DNA of 64,000 nt from an uncultured Anaerolineales bacterium (GCA_964482225.1 CAYZWT010000017.1:10269-74268); one strand, 5' to 3'; numbered from the stretch's first letter, positions 28,168 through 37,908 are shown. Notes: a model not told the origin generated them from the sequence alone. A program made the numbers and translations.

Positions 28168-28905
28168 TCAGACCGGCCGGCCGCCATGCAGCGCTGCGTC
28201 CTGCGCCTGCATCAATGCGGCAATGCCCCCATCGGCCAGGGTCAACAGGCGCTCCAGCGTGGCGCGGCTATAGGGCGCGCCCTCGCCGGTGCCCTGCACT
28301 TCAATATATTCGCCCGCTCCGGTCATCACCACGTTCAGATCCACCTCGGCGCGGGCATCGTCGGCATAGGCCAGGTCCAGCATGGCCTGGCCACCCACCA
28401 TCCCCACGCTGACGGCGGCGATCTGGCGCCGCAAGGGATCCTCGGCCAAGAGCCCCTGGCGCCGCAACTCGCGCAGGGCCAGGGCCAGCGCCACGTACCC
28501 GCCGGTGATGGATGCCGTGCGGGTGCCGCCATCGGCCTGCAGTACGTCGCAATCCACCACGATGGTGCGCTCGCCCAGGGCGCGGCGGTCCACGGCCATG
28601 CGCAGGCTGCGCCCGATCAGCCGCCGAATCTCTTGGGTGCGCCCGGAGGGCTGGCCGCCCTCGCGCTCGCTGCGGGGCAACGTGGCGTAAGGCAACATGC
28701 TATATTCGGCGGTAACCCAGCCCAGGCCGCGCCCCTCCAACCAGCGGGGCACGCTCTCTTGCACGCTGGCGACGCACAGGACGTGGGTGCTTCCGGCGCG
28801 GATCAGGGCCGAACCGGGGCTCTGGGGGATAAAGCCGGTCTCGATGGCGACCGGACGCAGCGCATCGAGGGCGCGGCCATCGCTCTGTCGGGGCTCAGGC
28901 ATCAT
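28168..28905 (-). CDS. rph: Ribonuclease PH
   Basis: [34 protein letters not shown]...[13 protein letters not shown] is the canonical RNase PH N-terminus (about 245 aa from the ATG at 28905). The upstream extension of ORF 28168..29022 overlaps ybeY. Confidence 0.9.
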   Translation of the reverse strand: MMPEPRQSDGRALDALRPVAIETGFIPQSPGSALIRAGSTHVLCVASVQESVPRWLEGRGLGWVTAEYSMLPYATLPRSEREGGQPSGRTQEIRRLIGRSLRMAVDRRALGERTIVVDCDVLQADGGTRTASITGGYVALALALRELRRQGLLAEDPLRRQIAAVSVGMVGGQAMLDLAYADDARAEVDLNVVMTGAGEYIEVQGTGEGAPYSRATLERLLTLADGGIAALMQAQDAALHGGRPV

Positions 28906-29398
28906 CAGCCTGCTCGCACATCTCGGGGCGATCCCGGCCCACATCCGGATAGCCGCAGGCCGCCAGGATGGCCGCCTGGCGGGCCCACATGCGCTCCTGG
29001 GCCTCGGGCTCGTCGTGATCATAGCCCAGCAGGTGCAGGCAGCCGTGAATCGTCAGCAACGCCAGTTCGGCGGCGAGCCCGTGGCCGAGGGCTTGGGCCT
29101 GCCGCTGGGCCGTATCAATAGAGATGACCACATCGCCCAGAACGGGAGGGACGCCGGGGGCCGACACCAGGGGCTCGCCCTCATACAGGGCAAAGGCCAG
29201 CACATCCGTGGGCGCATCGAGGCCGCGATAGTGGCGGTTGAGATCCTGCATCCAATCATCGTCCAGGACGGTAATGGCCACCGCTGTGCCCTGTGGAGCC
29301 CCCTCGGCGGCCAGCGTCGCTATCGCCAGTCGTTCCAGCTCATCGATATCGCAGCCCTCTGGCTCACGGTACAAGTCGACTGTTATGTCAAACTCCAT
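28895..29398 (-). CDS. ybeY: Endoribonuclease YbeY (rRNA maturation factor)
   Basis: Conserved H-x3-H-x5-H zinc motif [11 protein letters not shown]. 167 aa. It overlaps the rph start by 11 nt, which indicates an operon. Confidence 0.9.
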   Translation of the reverse strand: MEFDITVDLYREPEGCDIDELERLAIATLAAEGAPQGTAVAITVLDDDWMQDLNRHYRGLDAPTDVLAFALYEGEPLVSAPGVPPVLGDVVISIDTAQRQAQALGHGLAAELALLTIHGCLHLLGYDHDEPEAQERMWARQAAILAACGYPDVGRDRPEMCEQADDA

Positions 29399-29410
29399 CC
29401 GGCATTCACC

Positions 29411-30178
29411 TCAGACCGTTGCTGGCGCCCGCTCGCCATCCGATCCACTATCGAGGGATTGAATGAGCGGCGCGTAAAAGCCACGATAGCCTTCGGGGAG
29501 CAGCTCTCCTATGCGCACCATGACCCCATCGGCGAGTTCCTGTAGCCGTTCGGTGGTCAGCCTGCCTTCCACCTCGGGCAGCCGGAACGGCTCGCCGATC
29601 ACGACATGGCAGGTGGGCCGCCGCAGCCGTTTCCACTCGCGCAGCTTTTCCACGCCCCAGAACGCCACGGGCACGATCAGGGCATTGGTGCGGGTGGCCA
29701 GATAGGCCACGCCGGGCTTGGCGCGTTGGAGCATCCCCTGCCGGCTGCGGGTACCCTCGGGGGCCACGGCCAACATGCCGCCCGCCTCCAGCACCTGTTG
29801 GCAAGCGCGCAGCGCCCTGCGGTCCACCTCGCCCCGGTTGACAAAGATCACGCCGGCGCCCTGGAAAAAGAGGCTCACGAACTTGTTCTCGCGCCATTTC
29901 TCGGCCACCAGGGTCACCACCTGCCGCCCCACCCCCGCCGCCACCACCACCGGGTCCAGCAGGTGCAGGTGGTTGACCACCAGCATGGCGCTGCCGGTCT
30001 TGGGCAGGTTCTCGCGCCCGTATACGCGATAGCGGTAGAGGATGCGCACGAGCAGCGAAACGGTCCACTGTAGCAGGCGGTAGACAATGGGGTGCGAAGC
30101 ATACGGAATGCGCTTGATGCGCGCGCGCAGCGTTGTCAAAGGTTCGCTCCTTGTCAAGAGTGGCCGGACACAACGCAT
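29411..30178 (-). CDS. 1-acyl-sn-glycerol-3-phosphate acyltransferase-like (PlsC family)
   Basis: HxxxxD motif NHLHLLD and an acceptor-binding region AVAPEGTRSRQG. The start is uncertain (ATG at 30178 or a downstream TTG). Confidence 0.7.
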   Translation of the reverse strand: MRCVRPLLTRSEPLTTLRARIKRIPYASHPIVYRLLQWTVSLLVRILYRYRVYGRENLPKTGSAMLVVNHLHLLDPVVVAAGVGRQVVTLVAEKWRENKFVSLFFQGAGVIFVNRGEVDRRALRACQQVLEAGGMLAVAPEGTRSRQGMLQRAKPGVAYLATRTNALIVPVAFWGVEKLREWKRLRRPTCHVVIGEPFRLPEVEGRLTTERLQELADGVMVRIGELLPEGYRGFYAPLIQSLDSGSDGERAPATV

Positions 30179-30331
30179 GGGGCGTGTGCACCCGGCACGT
30201 CGTGATTCTACCACACTCTGGAACGCTGACAAGAGCGTCGCGCGTGCAGTGCACAGTGCTTGCCCATCGGCCTTGTGCACGCTTGCAGCGGCAGGCCGCT
30301 CGCCGACCTGATACCGTGAGGGCCGAGTTTG

Positions 30332-30703
30332 CTACGGGTACGCCTCGCCCCAGTCGAGCTGGCGCTCGGGGATGCCCATGGCCCGCCCGTGGGCCTGGGC
30401 GGCGGCGCGGCCCGCCGCATCGCCCCGGGGGTAGCAGAACACGCGCCCGCCATAGATCACCCGGGTGTGCTCCTGGGTCATCAGGTTGCAGTACCAGCGG
30501 GGGTCCAGCGCGGCGCTCAGCCGTTGGGCCACGGCCTCCGCCTCGGCGGCGTCGCCGCTGAACCAGATGCCGGTCCAATCGGCGGGCTGGAACGCGGCGC
30601 GCCCGGGGATGTCGCGCCAGACCTCGGTCTTGGTGACGGTCAGCGTGGCGAGGATGCCATCATCCAGCAGGGATTCGCGCAGCAGCAGTCCGGTGTAGGT
30701 CAT
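30332..30703 (-). CDS. Hypothetical protein (124 aa) immediately downstream of heliorhodopsin
   Basis: ATG at 30703 with RBS AAGGTGAG. No recognisable motif. It is co-directional with heliorhodopsin, about 97 bp downstream. Confidence 0.4.
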   Translation of the reverse strand: MTYTGLLLRESLLDDGILATLTVTKTEVWRDIPGRAAFQPADWTGIWFSGDAAEAEAVAQRLSAALDPRWYCNLMTQEHTRVIYGGRVFCYPRGDAAGRAAAQAHGRAMGIPERQLDWGEAYP

Positions 30704-30800
30704 GGAACTCACCTTCGCTCTCGAATATCCCAGAGAGCGCCTCCCAGTGCGTTTCTCCGGGAGGCGCTCACGATCACAAGCAATGGGCCTCGCCCTCTCC

Positions 30801-31631
30801 CTACACCGGGGCCAACGTGCCCGCAAAGATCATCCAGGCCAGGGCCGTCTTGGCCACCAGGCTCAGGATGATATAGGCGCGCTCGCCATAGAGGTAATTC
30901 TTCCAGCGGCCCACCTTTTTGTATTGCAGCCACATGTTGAGCGCAAAGATGTTGAAAAAGACGAAAATGGTGGGGATGATCGCATACACGAACGCGGGCG
31001 GCTTGGCATCCCCCGAGTTGATGGCGGCCACGAACGAGACAATGATCACGACCCAGGGCACGGCGCCCGCGATGCAGCCATAGATGAACGACGTCCAATC
31101 GGTGCGGGCCGTGGTCTGGTTGTGCAGCTCCATCACGACGCCGAACAGGTTCATGGTGGCATTGATACCGAACAGGGCGATGATGGCGCCCAGGTCCCAC
31201 ACGCCCACCAGCATCCCGATCAGGACGATCATCAGCGAGGAGCTGAGGGCATACTCGTAAAAGCGGGCCGGGTTCATGCCCTTTTCCAGGTTCTTGACAT
31301 ACCACTTGTAGCCGAACGTGCCCAGGCAAAAGTGGGCGATGGCAGAGAGCAGCAAAAAAGCCGCCACCGCCGGGCCAAAGCGCAGGGCATAGGCCAGGGT
31401 GGGGTTGGGCACCAGCGCCCTCGTTTGGACATCAAACCGCAAAAAGTTGGTATAGATCGGGTAGGTGGTGGCGTTGCTCAGGGCGATCATCAGGATGCCC
31501 TGCACCAGATGCAGCGCCCCCATGATCAGGTTGAACCTTCGCAGCCCGATGTACACCGGCTGCTCGGCGGCGGGCTTGGCGGGGGGCGCGCCCCCCCTGC
31601 GTCTCGGCGATGTGGTGCGTCTCTTGCTCAT
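30801..31631 (-). CDS. Heliorhodopsin (7-TM retinal-binding photoreceptor with inverted topology)
   Basis: 276 aa. Strong similarity to characterised heliorhodopsins across TM6-7: LNMWLQYKKVGRWKNYLYGERAYIILSLVAKTALAWMIFAGTL (the Schiff-base Lys sits in SLVAKTALAW). The N-terminus carries a basic tail followed by hydrophobic helices. RBS AGAAAGAGGGA. Confidence 0.92.
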   Translation of the reverse strand: MSKRRTTSPRRRGGAPPAKPAAEQPVYIGLRRFNLIMGALHLVQGILMIALSNATTYPIYTNFLRFDVQTRALVPNPTLAYALRFGPAVAAFLLLSAIAHFCLGTFGYKWYVKNLEKGMNPARFYEYALSSSLMIVLIGMLVGVWDLGAIIALFGINATMNLFGVVMELHNQTTARTDWTSFIYGCIAGAVPWVVIIVSFVAAINSGDAKPPAFVYAIIPTIFVFFNIFALNMWLQYKKVGRWKNYLYGERAYIILSLVAKTALAWMIFAGTLAPV

Positions 31632-31802
31632 GGCTGGTGTCCCTCTTTCTTACACTGCTCGCGTCGCTCGGGCCTCGCCCCCGCAGCGGCGCGCTCGGCA
31701 AAGTGCGGCTCGCCTGCGAGAGTATCATATCCAGAGGCCCAAGTCAATGGGCAAAAAGGGAGCAAGGGGCCACGGGAGCGGCGCAGGTCGCGATTGCGCC
31801 GC

Positions 31803-31839
31803 AGGGCCGGAATTGTCGGCGCTTGGCGAGCCTGTTATA
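31803..31839 (+). promoter_or_regulatory. Inverted repeat TTGTCGGC-N21-GCCGACAA bracketing an extended -10 (TGtTATAAT) upstream of the second DUF368 gene
   Basis: TG-n-TATAAT at 31823-31831. The 8-bp arms at 31803-31810 and 31832-31839 are exact reverse complements. The element lies in the divergent region between heliorhodopsin and the DUF368 gene. Confidence 0.3.
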
Positions 31840-31875
31840 ATGCCGACAAATGTAGCGCAGCAAAGGAGCATGTCT

Positions 31876-32768
31876 TGAAACAGCTTGTACTGGTGCTCAA
31901 GGGCATGGCCTATGGCGTGACCCACGTAGCCCCCGGCCTGGGCGGCGGCATTGTCCTCCTTCTGATGGGCATCTATGAACCGTTTGTCGAATCGGTCGGC
32001 AATCTCTTCGTGCAAAGGTCCAATTGGCGCAGATACCTCGCCTTTCTCATCCCTCTGGGCATCGGCATGGTGCTGGGCGTCATCTTGGCCGCCGTCGCCA
32101 TCGAGGCGCTGCTAGAGAGCTATCCCACCGAGAGCATGATCTTTTTCATGGGGCTGCTGCTGGGCACCGTGCCCTCGGTGCTCACGCTGCATGGCGATAT
32201 GCGCCCGCGCCCCGGCCGGCTGGCGGCGTTGCTGCTCGGGTTGGCCCTGGTGGTGGGCATCCGCGCCATCGAGCCGCTGCTGGTGGGCCATACGACAGCC
32301 TATACCATGACCACCTGGCCCGAGATCCTGTACAACGGCGCGGTCAGCTTTGTGGCGGGCGGCGCCAGCGTCACCCCCGGGCTGGATGGCTCCTACATCT
32401 TGCTGCTGGGCGGCACCTATGCGCCGGTGCTCAGCGCGGTGGCCGCCCTCAAAGAGCTCACCATCCGCTGGGGAGCGCTGCTCTCCACCGTCCTGGGCGC
32501 CGGGCTGGGCATCCTGGTCTTTTCCAAGCTGATTGATCTGGCCATCAAACGCGCCCCTGCGCTGGCGTATTACTGCGTCCTGGGTCTCGTGCTGGGCTCG
32601 GTCTATGGCCTCTGGCCCGACCAACCCGCACGCCTGCCCGTCTGGGCGCTGGCGTTGTGCCTGCTGGCGGGCGGCGCCATCGCCCTGTTGCTGGGCCGCT
32701 CGCCCCAAGAGCCGGCCGTAGTGGAGGAGGAGAGCCCGCTTCCAGAGCGGGCGCAAGGCCATCGCTAG
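31876..32768 (+). CDS. DUF368 family membrane protein (second paralogue; PopT-like)
   Basis: TTG start at 31876, 6 nt after AAAGGAG. LKQLVLVLKGMAYGVTHVAPGLGGG aligns with the N-terminus of 815..1738. The long upstream part of ORF 30702..32768 is a GC-rich shadow overlapping the heliorhodopsin gene. Confidence 0.7.
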
Positions 32769-32793
32769 TCCACGAATCGAGGAGGATTGGACT

Positions 32794-33873
32794 GTGCTGT
32801 ACAATTTCGAGTACCCGCGCAAACTCAAGATCGCCTACATTGGGGCCGGAGAGCACTCGATCCGCAATATCCTGCCCACCTTCCAGTACGCGCCCATCGA
32901 GCTGATGGCAATGGCGGATCATGACACGGAGCGGGGCCTGGCCGCCGCCCGCATGTTCGGCGCCAAACGTTTCTACCCCAACCACAAGGCGCTGCTGGCC
33001 AAGGAAGAGGGCCTGGACGCCGTCATGATCGTCGTGGGGCCGGACGAGCAGGGCCTGCCCCGCTACCCGGAGCTGGCCGCCGAGACCCTGGGGGCCGGGC
33101 TGCACACCTGGGTGGACGCGCCCCCCTGCGTCAGCGCCGCCAACGTCTCGATCTTTACCAATGCCTGCATGAAGCGCCGCAAGTATATGGCCGTGGGTTT
33201 CCGCAGAGCCTTTGCGCCCGCCTATCTCAAGGCCGCCGAGCTGCTGGATGCGGGGACCCTGGGCCATGTGACCTCGTATGCCATGCGGTTCCCGCTGCGG
33301 CTGCCCGGCCCGCCCGAGCGCCGCACCGACAAAGGCATGGCGCCCTTTTTGCCCTTTACCTCCATCATTGCCCTGCTGTACGGCCTGTTTGGCGAGGTCG
33401 AGGGACTGAGCATGTTGCGCCACGAGGCCACGGGCGCCGGCGTGATCACCTTTGCCCACAAGGGGGGCGTCGTCGGCAGCGTACACCTGGCGGTGGGGCA
33501 AGCATCGGCCTCCCCCAGCGAGCGGCTGGAGATCGTCGGCACAGGGGCCAACCTGGTGGCCGAGAGCGGCCTGCGGCTGGTGTGCTACCGGCGCGATGGC
33601 GGCGTCAGCCCCGAGCTGCTGGGCCGCCAAGAGGGCTATCCGGCTGAGGATCCGGCCCATGCCCCGCTCTTTTGGGAGCCGCGCTTTGAGGCGCTGGAGC
33701 CCGCCACCCACCAGGTGGCGCTGAGCGGCTATCTGGGCAGCGTGCGCTCCTTTGCCGACCAGATGCTGGCCGGGGAACCGCCCCAGCACGGAACGTTGAT
33801 CGAGGTTCTGCACGTGATGACGGTCTTTGACCGCATCCACCAGGGCAAGGAACGAGAGTGGATCGCGGTCTAG
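32794..33873 (+). CDS. Gfo/Idh/MocA family oxidoreductase
   Basis: GTG start after GAGGAGGA. N-terminal Rossmann KIAYIGAGEHSIRNILPTF and the typical length of 359 aa. Confidence 0.8.
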   Translation: MLYNFEYPRKLKIAYIGAGEHSIRNILPTFQYAPIELMAMADHDTERGLAAARMFGAKRFYPNHKALLAKEEGLDAVMIVVGPDEQGLPRYPELAAETLGAGLHTWVDAPPCVSAANVSIFTNACMKRRKYMAVGFRRAFAPAYLKAAELLDAGTLGHVTSYAMRFPLRLPGPPERRTDKGMAPFLPFTSIIALLYGLFGEVEGLSMLRHEATGAGVITFAHKGGVVGSVHLAVGQASASPSERLEIVGTGANLVAESGLRLVCYRRDGGVSPELLGRQEGYPAEDPAHAPLFWEPRFEALEPATHQVALSGYLGSVRSFADQMLAGEPPQHGTLIEVLHVMTVFDRIHQGKEREWIAV

Positions 33874-33893
33874 CGCGCACAAAGGGAGGAAGC

Positions 33894-34679
33894 ATGGGAC
33901 AGCCTATCGCCATCGGCATCTGTACCACGCCCGAGCGGGCGCCCCTGGTGGCGCCCTACTATGACTATATCGAACTATCGCTCTCGACCGTGCTGGACCC
34001 GCTGCAAGACGATGAGACCTTTGCGCCCGCGCTAGAGGCGCTGCACAAGCTCCCCTTGCCGGCGCGGGCCTGCAACAATTTCGTGAACCCCAGGGTCAAG
34101 CTGGTGGGTCCCGATGTGGATTGGGGCCTGGTGGAGAGTTATGTCGAGCGCGGGTTTCGCCGCGCCCAGGCCCTGGGCATTGAACGCATCGTCTTTGGCA
34201 GCGGCGGGGCGCGCATGGTGCCCGAGGGCTATAGCCGCGAGACGGCCTGGGAGCAATTGGTGCGTTTCTGCCGCCTCTGCGCCGAGCGCGCCTATGCGGG
34301 GCTGACCCTCGCTATCGAGCCACTGAACCGGGGCGAGTGCAACATCCTCAACAGCTATGGCGAGGGCGTGGCCCTGGCCCGCGATGTGGATCGGCCCAAC
34401 ATCCGCGTGTTGGCCGATATCTACCATTTCGAGGTCGAGTCCGAGCCGGTGGAGGCGATCCGCCCCGGGGCGGACGTGCTGGCCCACGTGCACCTGGCGG
34501 ATAGCGGGCGGCTCTATCCCGGCAGCGGCAGCTATCCCCTGCGCGCCTGGTTCGCGTTGCTGCACGAGCTGGGGTATGACCAGCGCGCCTCGGTGGAATG
34601 CACCTGGGGCGAGGATTTCGCCGCCGAGGCCCAGGCCGCCGCCGCGTTCCTGCGGCCCTTGGCGCGGGGCGAGGTCTAG
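33894..34679 (+). CDS. Sugar phosphate isomerase/epimerase (xylose isomerase-like TIM barrel)
   Basis: ATG at 33894 with RBS AAAGGGAGGAAG. The metal-site pattern ...AIEPLNR...ADIYHFE...HVHLADSGR is typical of the AP-endonuclease-2 / xylose-isomerase-like TIM barrel family. Confidence 0.8.
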   Translation: MGQPIAIGICTTPERAPLVAPYYDYIELSLSTVLDPLQDDETFAPALEALHKLPLPARACNNFVNPRVKLVGPDVDWGLVESYVERGFRRAQALGIERIVFGSGGARMVPEGYSRETAWEQLVRFCRLCAERAYAGLTLAIEPLNRGECNILNSYGEGVALARDVDRPNIRVLADIYHFEVESEPVEAIRPGADVLAHVHLADSGRLYPGSGSYPLRAWFALLHELGYDQRASVECTWGEDFAAEAQAAAAFLRPLARGEV

Positions 34680-34772
34680 GCGCGGCTTGCCGTTCCGAGC
34701 CATGTTGCATCAGGCAGAGGGCGGGCTTGGCGCTCGCCCTCTCTTGTTACCCACCCACAGCGGCGAGCGCGC

Positions 34773-35189
34773 CTAATCCAGCCCGAACGGCTCGTCGGGG
34801 GCGTCATCGGGCGGCGGCGCGGGCTCACCCTTGGGCCGCGCGCCGAATAGCTCTTTCAAGAACCCCTCGATCCGCGCGCCGATGGTCTGGCCGATGCTGT
34901 CCCAATCGGCGTCCTCATCGGTGCCCACCACCTGGGCGATCTGGCTGCGGGTGGAACCTTCGATGCGCCGCCCGATCTCCTCCCAGCCCGCGCCCTCATC
35001 GGCGCCCGCCAGGTCGGCAGCGGCGCGGCGCGCCTTGTCATCGGTGGTCTTGCCGATGGTGGGCCAGTCCGCATCCTCGCCCACGCCCACGGCCCGGGCC
35101 GCCTCGCGCCGGATCTGGTCGCCAATCTGATGAAAGAGATCGCGCCATTCCTGGCTGCTCTTGTCTTGCGGGTTCCTCGTCTCGCTCAT
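34773..35189 (-). CDS. Small acidic protein with internal repeats (IGxxI...VGxxEDADWxxIG), translationally coupled to the CPBP protease
   Basis: 138 aa with three repeat units (QIGDQIRREAARAVGVGEDADWPTIG / EIGRRIEGSTRSQIAQVVGTDEDADWDSIG / QTIGARIEG). Its start overlaps the upstream gene's stop (ATGA). Confidence 0.45.
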   Translation of the reverse strand: MSETRNPQDKSSQEWRDLFHQIGDQIRREAARAVGVGEDADWPTIGKTTDDKARRAAADLAGADEGAGWEEIGRRIEGSTRSQIAQVVGTDEDADWDSIGQTIGARIEGFLKELFGARPKGEPAPPPDDAPDEPFGLD

Positions 35190-36019
35190 TCTGTGGCTCC
35201 TTTCGCTCTACCGCTCAGCGCGGCCACCCCAAGGGCCGCCGCCAACATCAGCACGATCAGGTACGTCAAGGCCCTCTCCGAGAGGGGATAGGCCAGGTTC
35301 ATGGTCAGGTTGAGCATCCAGTGCAGCAGAATCGCACTCAGGATGCTCCGGCCATTGCAGTTGTAGGCCCGTGTCATCAGGATGGAGGCCGGCACTCCGA
35401 TGGCCAGAAAAAGCCAGAACTGAGCCGAGCCCAGGCCCATGTCATACTGGGGCGTGCCCCGGATCAGGAACAGGGGAAGGTGCCAGAGGGCCCAGATAAC
35501 GCCCAGGACGAGGCTGGCGGCCAGCAGGCCCGTGCGGGCCTGCAAGCGATCCAGGGCGAACCCGCGCCAGCCCAGCTCCTCGGCCAGCGGGCCGGTGCTG
35601 ATCCCCAGTAGCAGCATGGGGATCAGCGTCAGGGGGTTGGCTGCCAACTGGGCCAACACCGTCAGGGCGGGGGCCTCGCCGGAGACCAGGGCATCCAAAG
35701 CGACGCCCACCCCGGCCAGCGCGGGAAAGATCAGGGCGATCAGGAGATACCAGCCGGGCGAGATGAGCTTGGGGCTGGCCACGCGCCGCCAAAAGTCGCG
35801 CCGCTCGGCGCCGCTCCGGTGCAGGCGATAGAACAACGCGACGCCCACCAGCGAGGGGGTCAGCCCGCCCAGGGTGTGGGCCGCCAGCCAGGGCGACGCC
35901 GTGACATCCTGGCCGGAAACGGCGGCCGCTCCCCAACTGAGCCAGGAGACCAGGTAGGTCAGGCCAAAGAACAGCGCCAGCTCGCGCCCGGCAGTCGGGT
36001 ACTTGGATCGTTGCAGCAT
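35186..36019 (-). CDS. CPBP family intramembrane glutamic endopeptidase (CAAX protease / Abi-like)
   Basis: EELGWRGF (EExxxR motif), WALWHLP (FxxxH) and HWMLN (HxxxN/D) across about 7 TM helices. Confidence 0.8.
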   Translation of the reverse strand: MLQRSKYPTAGRELALFFGLTYLVSWLSWGAAAVSGQDVTASPWLAAHTLGGLTPSLVGVALFYRLHRSGAERRDFWRRVASPKLISPGWYLLIALIFPALAGVGVALDALVSGEAPALTVLAQLAANPLTLIPMLLLGISTGPLAEELGWRGFALDRLQARTGLLAASLVLGVIWALWHLPLFLIRGTPQYDMGLGSAQFWLFLAIGVPASILMTRAYNCNGRSILSAILLHWMLNLTMNLAYPLSERALTYLIVLMLAAALGVAALSGRAKGATE

Positions 36020-36049
36020 ACGGTACGTCTGTTCCTTTCGCGAACGGAC

Positions 36050-37651
36050 CTAATCCCGCGTCAGCGCCAGCGCCCAATCCTGCGGGTTGTTGGCGTACAG
36101 CCGGTCGGGGGCGGATAGCATGCGGCCCGCAACCCGGGCCGGTTCCAGCGCGCCGGTCACCGGATCGAACCAGCGCGCCGCATAGCCCTCCAGGTCCATA
36201 GCCAGGCCCACCGCGCCGCCCACAGGCAGGTACACGACGGCCAGGTCCCGCTCGGGCGTCGCCAGAGCCAGGGGGCGCGCGCCTTCGGGATAGGCTTCGG
36301 CATCCAGCAGCAGCTCGGGCGCGGGCCGTAGATGCTCAAAGGGCGCGATCTCGTGGAAAAAACGCCGCAGCGTGAGCAGGTAGGCCAGCCCCTCTTGGTC
36401 CTCCTCCAGCAGCAGGAACGGCCCCCAGGAGTTCTCAAAGCCGTGGATGATGCCCAGCGCGCTCATGGCCCCCCGCCAGGCGCCCCGCCGCGTGTGCTCG
36501 GCGTCGCAATAGGCATGGCCGGGGATCGCCAGGGGAAACGCCTCGTTGCGCTCATAGCCCCACTCGGCCAGCACCGCCGAACCGGGCCAGCCCGCCAGGC
36601 TAGCGGCGATCCGCTCCTCGATGCCGGCAGCCAGCCAGCCCCGTTGGGCATCCCGCGAGCCCCACTCCTGGAACATGATGGCATCCACCGCGCCCGGGTC
36701 CTGGCGGAACCGCTCGGCAAAAGTTGGCAGGCGCGGGCCGTTGTGCATCGAAACCACATGGCCGTGTGGCGCGACCGCTTTGATCCAGCGGCTGATGCGC
36801 ATGGCCCAGCGATCCGCCACCGGATTATAGCGCCAGTCACCATCGGGATAGTACTCGTACTCGTTCAGGGGCGTCCAGAAATAGACGCACGAGTAAGCAT
36901 CATAGCGGGCGATCAGGTAGCGCATCCAGAGCTCTTCCCACTCGGGAACGAACAGGTCGCGCCGGTCAAAGGGGAACTCGAACCCCCACCCCTCCATGAT
37001 CATCTCCAGGCCGATCCCTTGGGCCTCGGCGAGGGCGACAATGCGATCCACCGTGTGGAAATAGTCCAGGTTGAAACGGTCGAACTGCGGGCTCTGCTCG
37101 CTGCCGCCCCAGGGCCAGGTGCGCCGCGTCTGCCAGGCGCTATAGCCCTCGGGGGGATGGAACGGGCTCACGGGCAGGCGCACCCGCAAGAGGTTGAACC
37201 CCTGGGCGGCGCGCCGCCGCACAAACCCCTCCACATCGGCGCCGCAGTGGGCCATCCCGAACAGGTTGTAGGTCGTATCCCCCAGGATCATCACGGGCTC
37301 GCCCGATTCGTAGCAAAAGCCCCAGGCCTCGCCCGGCGTGGCCCGCAGATAGCCCCGCGCTAGCGAGGGGGTGACGACAAAGACCCCTTCCGCCTCCAGA
37401 TCCGGGTTCTCCGGGCGCGCATAGAGGTGAAAGGACCAGGCGCCCACGGCATTGGGGCTAAAGCGCACCCGCCAGATGCCCTGGCCGTCGTAAAAGCCGG
37501 GCGCGACAAAGCGCTGGCCCGTGGGCCCCTCGAATACGGCCTCCACCACGACATCGCCAAAGGGATTGGCATAGGCCGCATCGCTGGCGATGGCCCACTC
37601 GCCCACCTGACGAAAGAGCAGCTCGCTGGGAAACACATTGCGCCCTGGCAT
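36050..37651 (-). CDS. DUF4038/DUF5060-like putative glycoside hydrolase (GH5-like TIM barrel plus N-terminal beta-sandwich)
   Basis: RBS GAGGAGGTG. 533 aa. The pattern ...GYLRATPGEAWGF..., the TIM-barrel-like core NLLRVRL...WGGSEQ... and the C-terminal YLPVGG are consistent with this family. This is a weak motif-level call. Confidence 0.55.
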   Translation of the reverse strand: MPGRNVFPSELLFRQVGEWAIASDAAYANPFGDVVVEAVFEGPTGQRFVAPGFYDGQGIWRVRFSPNAVGAWSFHLYARPENPDLEAEGVFVVTPSLARGYLRATPGEAWGFCYESGEPVMILGDTTYNLFGMAHCGADVEGFVRRRAAQGFNLLRVRLPVSPFHPPEGYSAWQTRRTWPWGGSEQSPQFDRFNLDYFHTVDRIVALAEAQGIGLEMIMEGWGFEFPFDRRDLFVPEWEELWMRYLIARYDAYSCVYFWTPLNEYEYYPDGDWRYNPVADRWAMRISRWIKAVAPHGHVVSMHNGPRLPTFAERFRQDPGAVDAIMFQEWGSRDAQRGWLAAGIEERIAASLAGWPGSAVLAEWGYERNEAFPLAIPGHAYCDAEHTRRGAWRGAMSALGIIHGFENSWGPFLLLEEDQEGLAYLLTLRRFFHEIAPFEHLRPAPELLLDAEAYPEGARPLALATPERDLAVVYLPVGGAVGLAMDLEGYAARWFDPVTGALEPARVAGRMLSAPDRLYANNPQDWALALTRD

Positions 37652-37793
37652 GAGGCACCTCCTCGTAGAACGCGACCATCACTGCGGAGAGGGCTGCTCT
37701 CTCTGCGCCCTGGGCTGATCGCCCGTCTCCTGTGTGCATTCTAGCCCAAAGGCGCGCCGCCGCGCAACCGGAGCGGTGCGCAACCTTTCGCGC

Positions 37794-37822
37794 TTGCCAC
37801 GGCGCCGCCACAGGGCCATAAT
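37794..37822 (+). promoter_or_regulatory. Putative promoter TTGCCA-N17-CATAAT for the alpha-galactosidase-like gene
   Basis: TTGCCA at 37794-37799 and CATAAT at 37817-37822. Confidence 0.4.
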
Positions 37823-37908
37823 AGGGGCGGCGGACGGCCCATGACCGTCGCCGCACGGCCCCGGGCTGCGCGGCCAACCTGCGTTGAGGGCGCTGCCAAG
37901 GAGCGAGC

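Noticed and set aside
30702-31875. N-terminal 390 codons of the plus-strand ORF 30702..32768
   Set aside because: This part overlaps the heliorhodopsin gene in antisense and is Gly/Arg/His-rich nonsense. The DUF368 homology begins only at the TTG at 31876, which has its own RBS.
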